Source: Chromera velia
Taxonomy: Eukaryota
Direction of reading: 5' to 3'
Length of the DNA: 64,000 nt
Assembly (NCBI GenBank): GCA_018398765.1
Contig: JAHBMJ010000333.1
Location: 62,001-126,000 of the forward strand
Shown here in pieces: positions 1 through 12,161 of the stretch; within the stretch, counting starts at the first letter, position 1, and each line of letters opens with the position of its first letter. The notes beneath the pieces are model-generated. The model saw only the letters and a list, made by a program, of their open reading frames with translations. It had not been told where the DNA came from and searched no databases. Made by a program: the position numbers and the translations under genes.

Positions 1-990
1 TCGTGCTCTTAACCTGAGAGAGCAATATTCTCTCTTAAAATACCGTCTCCACCTCCTCTATCTCTTCTTCTGTCATCAGCTCTTGCTTTGAAATTCTGCT
101 TGGACCACTGGGAGGTATACTGCTCTTTGCGGCAATCTGCTGGGTCTGGGGAGTGGGGATCTCGCATGGGCTCTGCATATCTTTTGTGTCTCCCTGTATA
201 CGTGTTTCCTCTCGCACAATTCTCTGGGCGACACAACTTTCTCTCCTCAATGGCGAAGCTGTAAGGACCTAGGTAAGGATAGCTCCACTCATTGATGCTC
301 GCTGCCTTGAAGCTTCTGCCATGCTTCTACCTGCTTCTGCTGTTTCATCACTGCCCGATAGTTTTTTTCGGATTCGATGTCGGACCATGCCCGGTGAGAG
401 AGATGACAAGCTTGCCTGCATTTCTTCTTCTTGTTCCCTGCAAGTGAAGTTGCCGACTCTTCCTGCATAGTGATCTCTCTCTGCTCGGTGGGCCTGTTGT
501 GATGAAAGGTGCGTGCAAGTTGGCACACCTCTATGATCACTGCCTCGAAGACTTAGTCCGTACAACTCTTTTTGAATGCTTGATAACGGAGACGCTCTAT
601 CTTTCCCCCAAGGGCAAACACTTCTTCAGCTCTATCGAAGAATCTTCTCATCTCTATCTACTCAGTTCTACTGCCTGTGTCACAGGGCTCTCTACTAATC
701 TGTGGCTCCTAACTAGTTGTGAACACCTGCACAACAAGACTACCATATATCATGGGTTCACTCAACTGAACGTGGGCTCAATTAACAAACGACGCCTTTC
801 TTGTCCCCTGTGTCAGAACAAGGACTCTGCTAGCACCTGTTATATGAATGTGGTCTAGGCAGTATAAGAGTTTATCAGTCGGAACGACCGTTGTTGTTCC
901 TCTTTTCGATGTTTTGCTATCAGACTGATCTTACGCGCCAATAAAACAGAAACGTGACTGCTGATTCGTGTGGCTGAAACATATGCTACA
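1..990 (-). mobile_element. Probable 5' end of a degraded LTR retrotransposon running off the left edge (LTR ~838-990, PBS ~822-835, broken gag-like ORFs 35-540)
   Basis: 838-990 begins TGTTATA and ends GCTACA, the same termini as the Gypsy LTRs at 40729/46701. It is adjacent to GGACTCTGCTAGCA (minus strand TGCTAGCAGAGTCC, one mismatch from the tRNA-iMet PBS TGGTAGCAGAG). Stop-interrupted, charged minus-strand ORFs follow. The second LTR is not in the window. Confidence 0.5.
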
Positions 991-3705
991 ACGCATACGC
1001 TTGCTTCAATCGCAGCCCTGGAAAGGCACACACGCGGGCTAGCTCAATCACAGTCCATGTAATAAGGCGGGGCGCTTGCTCATACTTGCACCACAACCTA
1101 TACATACGCTATACCGCGGGCTCAGGCAGGTGGGCGCGGCGCCCGTAGCCCTGGCAGGCCGGGTAGGCATGGTTACGCGGGCCGGGTAGGCACGGTCTAC
1201 TATAAGAGCCCACCCTGATAAACTTAGATGGGTGGGCGCAGCCGACCCGCTCCTTTTTCAGCTTTAGACAGCATGAGTATAGTATTAGTATTGGCCCTAT
1301 TGTGGCGGGCTAATGCACTTATCATAATAATACGGGATGCACCTAACTAGTTGGGTAAGTGCCTCACGGGGGTCCGCTAATTGATGCATACCATCGGGGG
1401 CTTGGGCATGTCTAAGTTGTGTGCTACCATGGGGCAGGGGCCACGGCAGTGAAGTATGCTTTTCGGGACCACACCACACGCACATCGTATACATGTGCAA
1501 CTCCGTGCGAATTATTTGAGGGGCACGCATGCGTAAAGTAGTTCAGGCATATGCGATCGCGGCTCCGTACGAGTTGCTTGAGGGGTACATTTTAGAACTC
1601 GGGCGACGCCAACCATGACAGAGACAGAACCGATCCCCCCCCCCAAAATGAAAAAATGCGTTATGCGAGTGTGTGCGATCTCAGGGCCTCTTGGCTGATT
1701 TCAGCAGAGCTGAGCTATCCCCCGAGGCGAAATGCGCTGCACGATCCGCTGTCGACTAGATCTCCGCGCGCGTTCCAAGTACATGCATACCAGGGCGCCA
1801 TCGCGATCTTCTTTTCTTTTTAACAAAAAAAGAAAACTAAAAGCTTTGCATGGCTGTTTTTGACCATCTTTTACGATCTTCGATGATCGCGACCTACGAT
1901 GTAGCCACCGATAGACACTTTGTCATCTTTGAATTCTAAAAGCCTTCCTTCATCTTCCTGAGCAAAAAGGGAGGATTTGTTGACTCAGGAAAAGTGCTGA
2001 AGTTATCGCACAGTGAGGTTGGTGATGGGGAGCTAGAAGCGGAAGAACAGCTGGTGTCCTCACGAGTGTGACAGATGAGCAACACGTACAATAGCTAGTT
2101 GCCTCTGCTTTCTCACTTATATATTTCCATGCAGCTGCAGTATATGTTGCTTACATACATCAATCTTTTAAAACAAATTGGGAAGCGCCTTTTAAAAAGT
2201 GTTTTGGAGTTTCTTGCCTGTGCATAGACACGATAGAATGGAACGTTTTCGATCGACTCCATGAGACGGATTTCGTTCCGCGACTTCGCGTATCTTTATA
2301 CCCGGACAAATGTTTTGGTAAGTTGGAAAGTAAAAAAGAAGAAGAGGAAAAAAAGAAAGGTCTAGACATAGGCATTTGAAGGCATGAATACTTTCTAAAA
2401 AGCCCAAGTGAAGGAAAGAAGAACGGATGCAAAGATGAAAAGGGCCCCGAATTTTTAAGAATGGTAGTTCACTGAGAAGCCTAGGTGAGGGGCAAGGTAC
2501 ATGAGTAAAAAGTAAGAAGTTGCAAAGGTATAAGGTAGTAAGCAAAGAAAGCGAAGCAAAAGTGATGCTGCAAAATAAAAAAACCAGCGAGAAACTTTGA
2601 CAGGAATGCATAGGATTTTTTCTCTGGTCACTTTTCCAACATGGAGGGTTGCTTGAAGGCGATGCATCACCGTCCACCTCGGCCGTTTCCACCATATTAT
2701 GAATCCTGAAATCTATCATAGATGCATGAGAGGTCAGGTTATGCCTACAGAGAGACAACTTCTCTCAGTAGTAGCACTGCTTTATTGAATTTCTGCTTTC
2801 TCAATCAGATCCTAGATCAGATCTATAGAGAAAAAGTTCCTCCTTCTTGTCGGTCTGTTTCCTTCCTCTCTGCCGCTACGGTGCTGGGGCATGTTTTTGA
2901 GCCCTTTCTCAGTCTGGCATTCAGTTGCTTCACCTTTTTCTCAAATGCAGCTCCAAGAGCAATGGGCGTAAGGCGGTTAAACGCCAATTTGAGACTTCTG
3001 TACATTTTTTAATTCACTGCCGATCGAGAGGTTCATAGACGAGTCTTTTTTCCCTCTCTATCAGAATTCTGATGGTCAGTCCAATGGATGGCACTCATAG
3101 AGAGACGGATGGCATTCATAGTTTTTTTCCTGGCCAGATCCTCCTTTATCACTCGCTATGACTGCAAAGTTTAATAAATACATAGACAGAGAAGGAGAAA
3201 GGCAAACCGACAGAGAAACTGCGGGCAAGAATGCAAAGAGAGTCGAACAGACAGACACGCGGAAATGGGCAAACAGGAATGCAAGTAAACAGATACACAG
3301 AATATAGGCGGGCAGGAAAACGGACAAGAATGTACTCTGAAGCAGAAAAGCAAAGGAGAGTGACAGAATTCTGTAGGCACGCATGCTGTTTACCTGGTTC
3401 ATACATGTGTCCATTGATTTTTCTGCCCTAGTTTTCTACCTCATTGACTCACATTCATCCTTTCGTTCATCCTTGTAGTCCCTTCAACTCCCTGCTTCTT
3501 GCAGATTCGGAAGTTCTTCAAAGGTCCATAGCAAATCTGGAAGGAGTCTCTGCTTCAGATTCGATAACAATTATTTTGATGATTATCAGAGAGCGGCTGC
3601 CCTCTGGGGACGAGAGATGGATGGATAGAACCATCGATGCTATGTGAAGAGAAATAGAGAAGCGAGGCAGAAAAGGAAAAGGAAAAGACCGAGCTGCAGT
3701 TTGCT

Positions 3706-5192
3706 TTAAGGAGAAGGTGACGTCTTCCTCTCATGCAGAGACTGCATGCATCCATCTAAATATTCTGCATTGATGGGACTGTGAGGCTGCAATGGAGAGT
3801 CAACATTTCCTGGCCACAGAGTGCGTGAGAGTTGAGGGCCCAATGAGGGGCCTCCCGGATGGACATGGTCGTCAAGCGGAAGGGTCCACAAGGAGACCGA
3901 GGAAAAGGTTAGCATCTTGGGAAGATTTTCTGTCTGCTCGAGGCCGGTTATGAGAAGAGCCATCTGTCCATCTTCGGTACAGGCGCTTGCGTCGATGCCA
4001 TGCAAAACGAGCATCTCTGCGATGCGGAGCTTTTGCTGGTGGTTAACCCCAAACGCATCCATTCTTGCGGTGTGCAGAGCAACGTGATGCAGAGCTGTAT
4101 ATCCCAGCTCATCTATCATCTGGACATTAGCACCTGCCCCTAAGAGAAGCTTGGCAACATTCGCAGATCCCTACATCGCAGCCCTGTGAAGAACTGTGAA
4201 TCCGTCATCATCGATGGCGTCGACCTCCGCTCCTTAGGACAGAAGAAGTTCTGCTACAAATTTGGAGTCTACAAGCTGGCCGCCGGCTGAAATCACTAAA
4301 TAATGAAGGGGGATCCATTTGTAGGAACCTCTTGTGTTCACGCTAGCCCCTCTGTCTAGGAGTAACTCGGCAGTTGCTCAGAGTCTCTGTTCGTGCATGA
4401 CGGCAATATAGAGAACTGTATCTTGATCCACAGTCATAGCATGGATGACGCACTGTATGAAAGAAGGAGTTGCATAAAAACCCGATTGTCGGAAGATAGG
4501 TGGAGGGGCCACAATTCCAACACATTTTCCGCCTCCACGTTGGCCCCTCTGGAAAGAAAAAATCTTGCAATATCAGGTTGGCCATTTCAGTAAGCTTTAT
4601 AAAGGGCTGTCTGCCCAGAAAATCTCGCTTCTTTGCTCTTCCACTAGATTTCGAGGTCTGTTTTGTTCTTGACCAGCAACTTCACCGCATCCAAATTTCT
4701 AGCTCCGCTTGCCCTCATCAAGGCTGTCTTTCCTTCTACCAAACCATTTAGGTCCGTACCCAAAAACAAGAGAAGGCGGAGATCCTAACTTGCCCTGCTC
4801 TCTATGAAAATATCAAGAGCAGGTTGCAGTATCTTAGCCGTCACTGTATAAAAGGAGTGGATGACTATGCCAATCGCTCCTCGAAACAGGGGGTTTAAAT
4901 CTATCGAGTAATTCCAACTGAGTATTTCATTGTATTCGGCGGCAATGCTTTTTTATGTTGCTTCAAGTGTCTTGCACAATCGATGAAGTACAACAGTCTC
5001 TTGAGGAAGAGGCGTTAAAGCAGAAAGCAAAGAGTGTGCAACGCCGCAACGATTCCTTGACTTTACTTTCGTTAGTACTTTTCTTCTCTCTTGTAGATCA
5101 TATGCGATTCTGAGAAGAAAGTCCTCCAGACTTTGGAGTTCCTCTTCCACAGAATAGGAAATTGTGTCAACCTCCGGACCGTGGTCGCCCAT
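3706..5192 (-). pseudogene. Ankyrin-repeat protein pseudogene
   Basis: The minus strand reads TAELLLDRGASVNTRG.../LHYLV...VAELLLS*GAEVDAIDDDGFTVLHRAAM*GSANVAKLLLGAGANVQMIDELGYTALHHVA...IAEMLVLHGIDA, i.e. several ankyrin consensus repeats. In-frame stops are at 4234-4236 (TAA) and 4171-4173 (TAG), with a frameshift near 4310. The upstream N-terminal ORF (4953-5192) also ends in premature stops. Confidence 0.85.
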
Positions 5193-7596
5193 GAAGTAAA
5201 TGTCAGAGAAGAGAAAAGGATGGTGCAATGTAAGTCTGACACGGCCTCAGTCTGTTCTACGTATTAACAACAACTGAATTTTACTGGCACGGTCACACGG
5301 TTAATCGACCCATGCACGTAAAATGGTGTATCAGTTGTATCAGGCTGAACCTTTAATGCATTCATTGTTCTAGAAACTCCCTCGCAATCAATAATGCATC
5401 ACACCATAAATACGCCATAGAAGATGCAATAAAAAGATCGAAAGAAGAAAGCATTTACGGTCCTCGGCAGCATGTCCCGGCCCAACAGGTCCGGATGCGG
5501 GCCCAAAGCCGGTCGCGCGGCACGCCAGGATGCTGTTGTCTACGCTCGCCGGGGTATGGTAGCGAGGGCCCAGGGTTAGCTAGTTCATAATATACTGTTC
5601 ATCCTTATAATGAGTATTAATACGTAAAGGATGATCGAGATTTTTGTTATACATACCGTGTCCCCATAATATATGAGGGGCGGATCTAGCCTACTTTATC
5701 CGAAGGTTCCACTTCTTTCCATTAGTCTCGATTCTAAGAGCAAGCTTATTGATCACTTTCAATGTGCAGCTTATCATAAGAAAGTGACTATAAAGGTGAC
5801 GGGAGTTTCTATGCACCCTAGCCCTAGCCATGCAGGGAAAGACCGCGTTTTAGAGGCACACATCTGGCCTGCAGGCCTGTAAAGGCCCGTATAGCGCCGT
5901 ATAGAGGCTTGTGCCTTCTTAAATGGACTTTTGCCTTCAAGTCGGACCTCAAACTTAAATTGCCCAAAAAATAAATATTTTTATGCTATGTTTTAATGTA
6001 CCAATAAGGATTAGACAAAAAAAAAATAGAAATTAAGGATATAGACTAAAGATATTAAAAGATGTTAAACAAGTTTCACTGAAATTGATCACTTCTAGAT
6101 AAATGATTTATTAGGCCTGTATAACGCACCCGGTCTCCCTTTGATACCCCTTGACTGTGTTTTCCCGGTATTTCCCGGTATCCCAAGGTACAAAGAGTGC
6201 CTCCACTGCCCTACAGCCCCCGCTTACTTATATCTACTTACTAGAAGATGAGAAAGGAATTTGTTTGTTGCGGCTGTTAATGTAGTAATATATAAGGCAA
6301 TAGATTACAATACGTTACACTTACAAACTTGAACACCCTTTGTCAGTAGATCTTGATAACTCCTAGATATCACTTTTTAACCTTGGTATGTATAGAAATA
6401 TGAAGTTATGATTCTTAATGACTCTCAAACATCACTTTTTGAAAGAAGTTCTTGTTTTTGTAGAGTAAGTCGATCAATAATAGTGTTTATCATCCTATAT
6501 TTAGACTTTAAACACCGTTAATATCAAATACTTGTAATTTTAATTTATTTCTAATAATTTTTAAGTATTTGTAACTCATTATGATCATACGCCAAATTCA
6601 TAGTTTATCAGAAATTTACCTCTAAATATTTAGAATTTTATAAAATTTGAGGTAAATTTAATATATTTAAATCTTAAGTTAAACTTTTCTTTTTTCATTT
6701 TTGAATGAAAAAGTTTATATATAACCATGATGAAAAACAAGAATTAAACATGCATAACAAAAACCTCGATCATCATTAAACTGTAAAAATTTAAACAGGA
6801 TAAAAGTATGTCAAAACAAATCATGGATTCATGATAAGGAATCTCATTGTTAGACCAATGTGAGGGATAGCAAGTGAGAGGGTTACTCAGCATCCCTTGC
6901 AAGGCTTACATCATGTTGCATATCCTAGTGTATGTCTATCTTCCAATCAGTCGATCTACTGTTATATCTACACCAAATCATGTTACTCAGACTCAACTTA
7001 AAATTTAATTTTGAATATCCAGTGAGACTTGCAAACATACCACATCATTGGGTTAACTTGAAGGGGTACCTTCATAATAATTATGAAATCTCACTGGTAT
7101 AGTGACTTTGGAAGTCATAATCATTATGGGTGTAACCGTCAGTATCCTATAATCATTATGTCATTATATCATTTATGATAGACATAATCATTATAAACAG
7201 AAGTATTATTATCAATTTTGAATATGTTTAGAACCATTATTTTGATTATCGTTTTATAATGATTAGCATATGAACACGTATTCACATAATCATTACATGA
7301 TAATTCAGATAATGATTATGTTTGGTTTTGTTATGTTTCTTTTTTCTGGAAGCTGCGAACTTGTGCGAAGGTTTACAAGCTGTGCGGGACTTAATGGAGA
7401 CCACTGTGTTACTCATTGTGCGATATCACAATTTATGAAAAGGTTTGAAGCGTCTTCCGAACACAAAGGACCGACAGCCATCGGACAGCCGCCAGAGAAA
7501 ACTTGCTGCAGGCAGGGGGGTTGGGTGTTAGGTGCATGGGGGGAGAGAGAAGCATCTCCCGAACGCAAAGGACCGACAGTAGCCAGAGAGGATAAA

Positions 7597-8320
7597 AGGA
7601 AAGAAGGAATGGAAGAAGGAAACAAAGGAAGGAATGAAAGAAGGAAAGAAAGAAGGAAGGAGGGAAGGAAGGAAGGAAGGAAGGAAGGAAGGGAGGGAGG
7701 GAAGGAAGGAAGGAAGGAAGGAAGGATGGAAGGAAAAAAGGAAGGAAGGAAGGAAGGAAGGAAGAAAAGAAGGAGGGAGGGAAGGAGGGAGGGAAGGAAG
7801 GAAGGAGGGAAGGGGAAGGAGGGAGGGAGGGAGGGAGGGAGGAAGGAAAGAAGGAAAGAAGGCAAGAAGGAAAGAAGGAAAGAAGGAAAGAAGGGAAGGA
7901 AAGAAGGAAGGAAGGAAGGAAGGAAGGAAGGAAAGAAGGAAACAAGGAAAGGAGAAAGGAAGGAAAGAAGGAAGGAAGGAAGGAAGGAAGGAAAGAAGGG
8001 AGGGAAAGAGGGAGGGAGGGAAGGAAAAGGAAGGGAGAAAAAGAGGGAAGGAAGGAGGGAAGGAAGGGAAGGAAGGAAGGAAGGGAAGAAAGGAAGGAAG
8101 GAAGGAAGGAAGGGAAAGAAAGAAGGAAGGAAGGAAGAAAGGAAGGAAACAAGGAAGGAAGGAAGGAAACAAGGAAGGAAAGAAGCAAGGAAGGAAGGAA
8201 ACAAGGAAGGAAGGAAGGAAAGAAGGAAGAAAACAAGGAAGGAAGAGAAGAAAGGAAGGAAGGAAGAGAACGAATGAATGAATGAGGGGAGGAAGGAAGG
8301 AAAAAAGGAAAGGAAGGCAG
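7597..8320. repeat. Degenerate (GGAA)n polypurine microsatellite
   Basis: ~720 bp of GGAA/GAAA/GGGA units, which create spurious R/K/E/G and F/L/P/S ORFs. Confidence 0.97.
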
Positions 8321-8324
8321 CAAA

Positions 8325-8972
8325 GTCTATCTCGCCAAGGAAAAATGTTTGCCTCGCTGTTGTATGGGTGGGAAGAGAGGAAAAGAAAGAGAGACGTCAA
8401 GTTGTGGGAGGATACACTCACTGCTCGTGCTGCATGTGGAACTGCTGACTTCAGAAGAGAGTCCTTTCTATCAGCACAAGGGTCTGTCTCGCCAAGGAAA
8501 AATGTTTGCCTCGCTGTTGTGTGAGTGGGGAGAGAGGAAAAGAAAAAGAGACGTCAAGCTGCGGGAGGATACACTCACTGCTCGTGCTGCATGTGGAACT
8601 GCTGAGGAGAGTCCTTTCTGTCAGCACAAGGGTCTGTCTCGCCAAAGAAAAATGTTTGCCTCGCTGTTGTATGGGTGGGGAGAAAGGAAAAGAAAGAGAG
8701 ACGTCAAGTTGCGGGAGGATACACTCACTGCTCGTGCTGCATGTGGAACTGCTGAGGAGAGTCCTTTCTGTCAGCACAAGGGTCTGTCTTGCCAAGGAAA
8801 AATGTTTACCTCGCTGTTGTATGGGTGGGGAGAGAGGAAAAGAAAAAGAGACATCAAGCTGCGGGAGGATACACTCACTGCTCGTGCTGCATGTGGAACT
8901 GCTGAGGAGAGTCCTTTCTGTCAGCACAAGGGTCTGTCTTGCCAAGGAAAAATGTTTACCTCGCTGTTATGT
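8325..8972. repeat. Tandem repeat, 150-bp unit, ~4.3 copies
   Basis: Unit start GTCTRTCTYGCCAARGAAAAATG at 8325, 8482, 8632, 8782 and 8932 (period 157, then 150). Confidence 0.95.
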
Positions 8973-10273
8973 GGGTAGAGGCTCCGGAGAGAAGAAACGA
9001 GAGAGACGGGCACTCCACAAACATGACACACTGTACAAACATCATATGCACTGTCAATGCTTTGAGCGAGCTTCATTTCTACGTCAAAGTCAGGTACTTG
9101 ACAGGAGAAGCTTGCTTTACTCTGGGAAAGACAACAAGAAGGATACACTCTCAAAAATCCGCGGAGACGATGGAGGGGAAAATCACGGCTGCACTGAGGC
9201 CAGCGTACCGCATGGAAAAGAGGTGGAGCTCTATGGAGCTCTGCAATGTGCAACGGAAACACTTGAATCTCTAAGCACTTCAGAGCCAACTCAAGGAGTG
9301 CAGAGTTACTGAGGCAGCTAGTCGGCGACGTCGATACGACGTCGGGTCCCGAAAAGCATGGCGCATGCCAATTTCGGGAAAAAAGACCCGTAAAGCAGTT
9401 GCAAGCGAATTTCGGGAAATTCAGCCACGCGGCGCTGGTCGAGCGTACGTGCGCGGGCCAACTGCATGCATAGCCGGGATCGCACGGCCCCTGAGCTGTA
9501 TGCATGGCGCAGATTGCCTGACCTTCATGCAGTTTGCATGTGGTCTGTTTGGCTTAAACGTCAGCTTCGCTATGAAAACAGACCGCTGGGTCGAAACAAA
9601 GTGGCTTGGCAAAGACCTCCCCAGAAGCCTATCTACTTGTTACAAAGGGCGTAAATGGCTCCTGCTGGCTTTAAGTTTTGCAATGCCGCAAGCCGGATCA
9701 AAATTGAATTGTCCTTCAGCTACCTTGAGATTTCAGATCGATGATCAGAGTTGGAAACTTTAAGGCCGTCTACACGAGCGGCCTCGTGTTCCATATCGCT
9801 TCTGTCTGCTTTCAGAAGCTTTCTTTCGCTTCCCTTTCTGTTTATAAAATCAGATTCTTCTGTTGGGAAAATTAAGAGCAACATTCGTGCATGCAACGTG
9901 CTGTGCAACATGAGGTGACCTTGCCACGTTCCATCCGCTCCCATCTGCTTTGGAAAGCGGGCAAAAATAAAATGGCGTTCTCGATATTGGTCTTAGTAAG
10001 CTCCTGACTCATTTCTGCTCTCTGTGGCCTTTCCTCTAAGTGTACTTCCTCTTTGGCTAGTTGGTTGGTTACTTTGTTCTGCATGGAAGCTTTATCTTGT
10101 ATGTATTAAAGTTTTGATGGGTGAATGCATGAACTAGTGCACGAATGTCGATTTACAAAAATAATACGTATTCAGATAGATCCTTTGTCTGCCAAAACAT
10201 ATGACATCCTGCTCGGCGACTCCTAATGATCAGACCCACAGTCTCAGTGTTGTTCAGGGCAGTGCCACGTGTA

Positions 10274-10278
<5 letters not shown>

Positions 10279-10310
<32 letters not shown>

Positions 10311-10392
10311 GTGTATGTGTATATATGTATGTGTGTGTGTGTATGTGTATGTGTGTGTGTGTGTATGTGTGTATATGTATGTATATGTGTAT

Positions 10393-10441
<49 letters not shown>

Positions 10442-10475
10442 TGTGTGTGTATATATGTGTGTGTGTGTATGTGTG
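10279..10475. repeat. (CT)n plus (TG/TA)n compound microsatellite, intron-like (GTATGT...TGCAG)
   Basis: Direct inspection. It is bounded by GT near 10270 and CAG at 10478, like the microsatellite introns of the intact genes. Confidence 0.9.
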
Positions 10476-12161
10476 CAGGTGGGTGTCTTCCTCACTCCGC
10501 GTCACTTCACCATCATTTTCAATTAATTGGGCCACTCCATCCCGTCCAGGGACCTGTTTGACCTAGGGTTTGCAAATATTTGCAAGAGAGTTGCTCTTCT
10601 TTGATCGATTTTGATTCGAACTTAGGTTTTGACTCCCAAATCTGTTTTGCTGACATTTTGGTTGCTTTGTACTCTTCATTTGAAAGCTGAGGCATCTAAA
10701 AGTGTCTCTGAATCTTTTGCTTCTTTTGTTGAAGAGCCTCTTTGCTTTGTTTGAACAATGAAGGAACTTGGAGACAATGAATGCCCGGCGTATGGTGCAC
10801 CTCTAATTGCAAAGTATGTTTTATTTGAAAAAAAAGTTAAGTCAGACATTTTCTTTGCAAAAAAAACTGTGAATTGTGTGCTCTTGATGCCAAACGTTCT
10901 CTGCAACTAGCATGCGAGGAGAGACACCCTTACTATGCAGTGACAGTCGCTGTGAGACGCGCTTCACTGTCGATGTTGAATCGATTGGTATGCATCCTGA
11001 GTTAACTGTTCTTTGGGGAGGTTCGGCGACGCTCTTTATAGCACCAGCGTGCATTGATATGCGTCGTTATAAAAGTTTTCTATGGGTGTTTTTGTATAAT
11101 CATTATGGTTATTATGAAATCAATCATAATTATTATCATCATTATGATAATCAGTCATAATGATTATATAACATTGCGATTATGTCTATAATCATTACGT
11201 CATTATCATAATGGAGCTATAATGATTATTGAGTTAACCCATGCACAGATGCAGTCCATAGTATTACCATGGAAATTGACTGTATGATGCAATTAATAAT
11301 ATCTTGAAACATACTTAAAGCACAAAAGTTTTTGGAGGGACTCCCACAGCTAGTGCAGCTTAAAATGTGATTCTATATATCGGGCCTACTATATCGGCTT
11401 ACCCTACAGGCCCACTAGTATAGAGTTTACTTTCACCCAATTAGTTCACCCAATTTCTTCCTTTATTAAATTTTTTGTGAACTCCTTTAAAGTCATTTTT
11501 ATTCATGCAGACTTCTACAGACTTCAACATTTTTTTTTTAACTGAAGTAAGATAAATTAAGAGAAAGACTATAGGAGAAAAACTTCCCAATATACCCCAA
11601 TAGATTTTTATGCATACATCGATGCAAGAGGTTTTACTAGATTCGGGAACCCCCCTGACACTCCAAGAAATCCTCCAAGAAACTTAAAACGCCGCGTCGT
11701 AGCCGCAGCTAGACTTGAAAAGCCCATGTCACTTGAAAGTATCGTGCGAAAGACGCGGCCAAAATAAAGCCGACTTAAAATATTTGTACCAAAGGCACAG
11801 ACAGTTTTGAAACAACTATGTCTAAGGCATGGCCAGCATTGAAAAATCCGTTTCAAGATAGTCTAGAGTATTAGGAGGTTTAATTTGGGTTAAGATTTCT
11901 AGTTAAAATATTTAATCCCATAAAATTTTAAATTTTTAGCTAAAATCCCCTTAAATTCTCAAAAAACCTAACTTAAAATTCGATAAAATTCTAGCTGCCT
12001 TGAGGGCATAAATAAAAAGTCACTTGAATTTTGACTAAAATTTGAAGTTTTTATTATTTTATTGAATTATTGTAGTGTGCGGCCTGGCTCTAACCGTGAA
12101 TATAATATATGTACCGCATTGTAATATAATTGTGAATATAAAAACTTTTGCTTCTGCACTA

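Larger units (their letters stand above)
7049..11241. mobile_element. Possible ~4.2-kb non-autonomous TIR element with subterminal ATAATCATTAT motif arrays
   Basis: TGGGTTAACT at 7049 and its reverse complement AGTTAACCCA ending at 11241. Clusters of (C)ATAATCATTAT(G)/ATAATGATTAT motifs occur at 7075-7320 and 11095-11230. No convincing TSD or transposase. Confidence 0.45.

Noticed and set aside
2160..3647. Short ORFs and possible splice acceptors
   Set aside because: No coherent gene model or recognisable motif; possibly decayed coding sequence, but unsupported.
4171..4236. TAA/TAG reassigned to Gln (ciliate-type code) as an explanation for in-frame stops
   Set aside because: The intact genes have long frames using CAA/CAG with no in-frame TAR, and the stops co-occur with frameshifts and TGA stops only in repeats and pseudogenes.
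7270..8421. Long R/K/E/G and F/L/P/S ORFs (up to 335 aa)
   Set aside because: Translations of the stop-free (GGAA)n tract, open in many frames on both strands.
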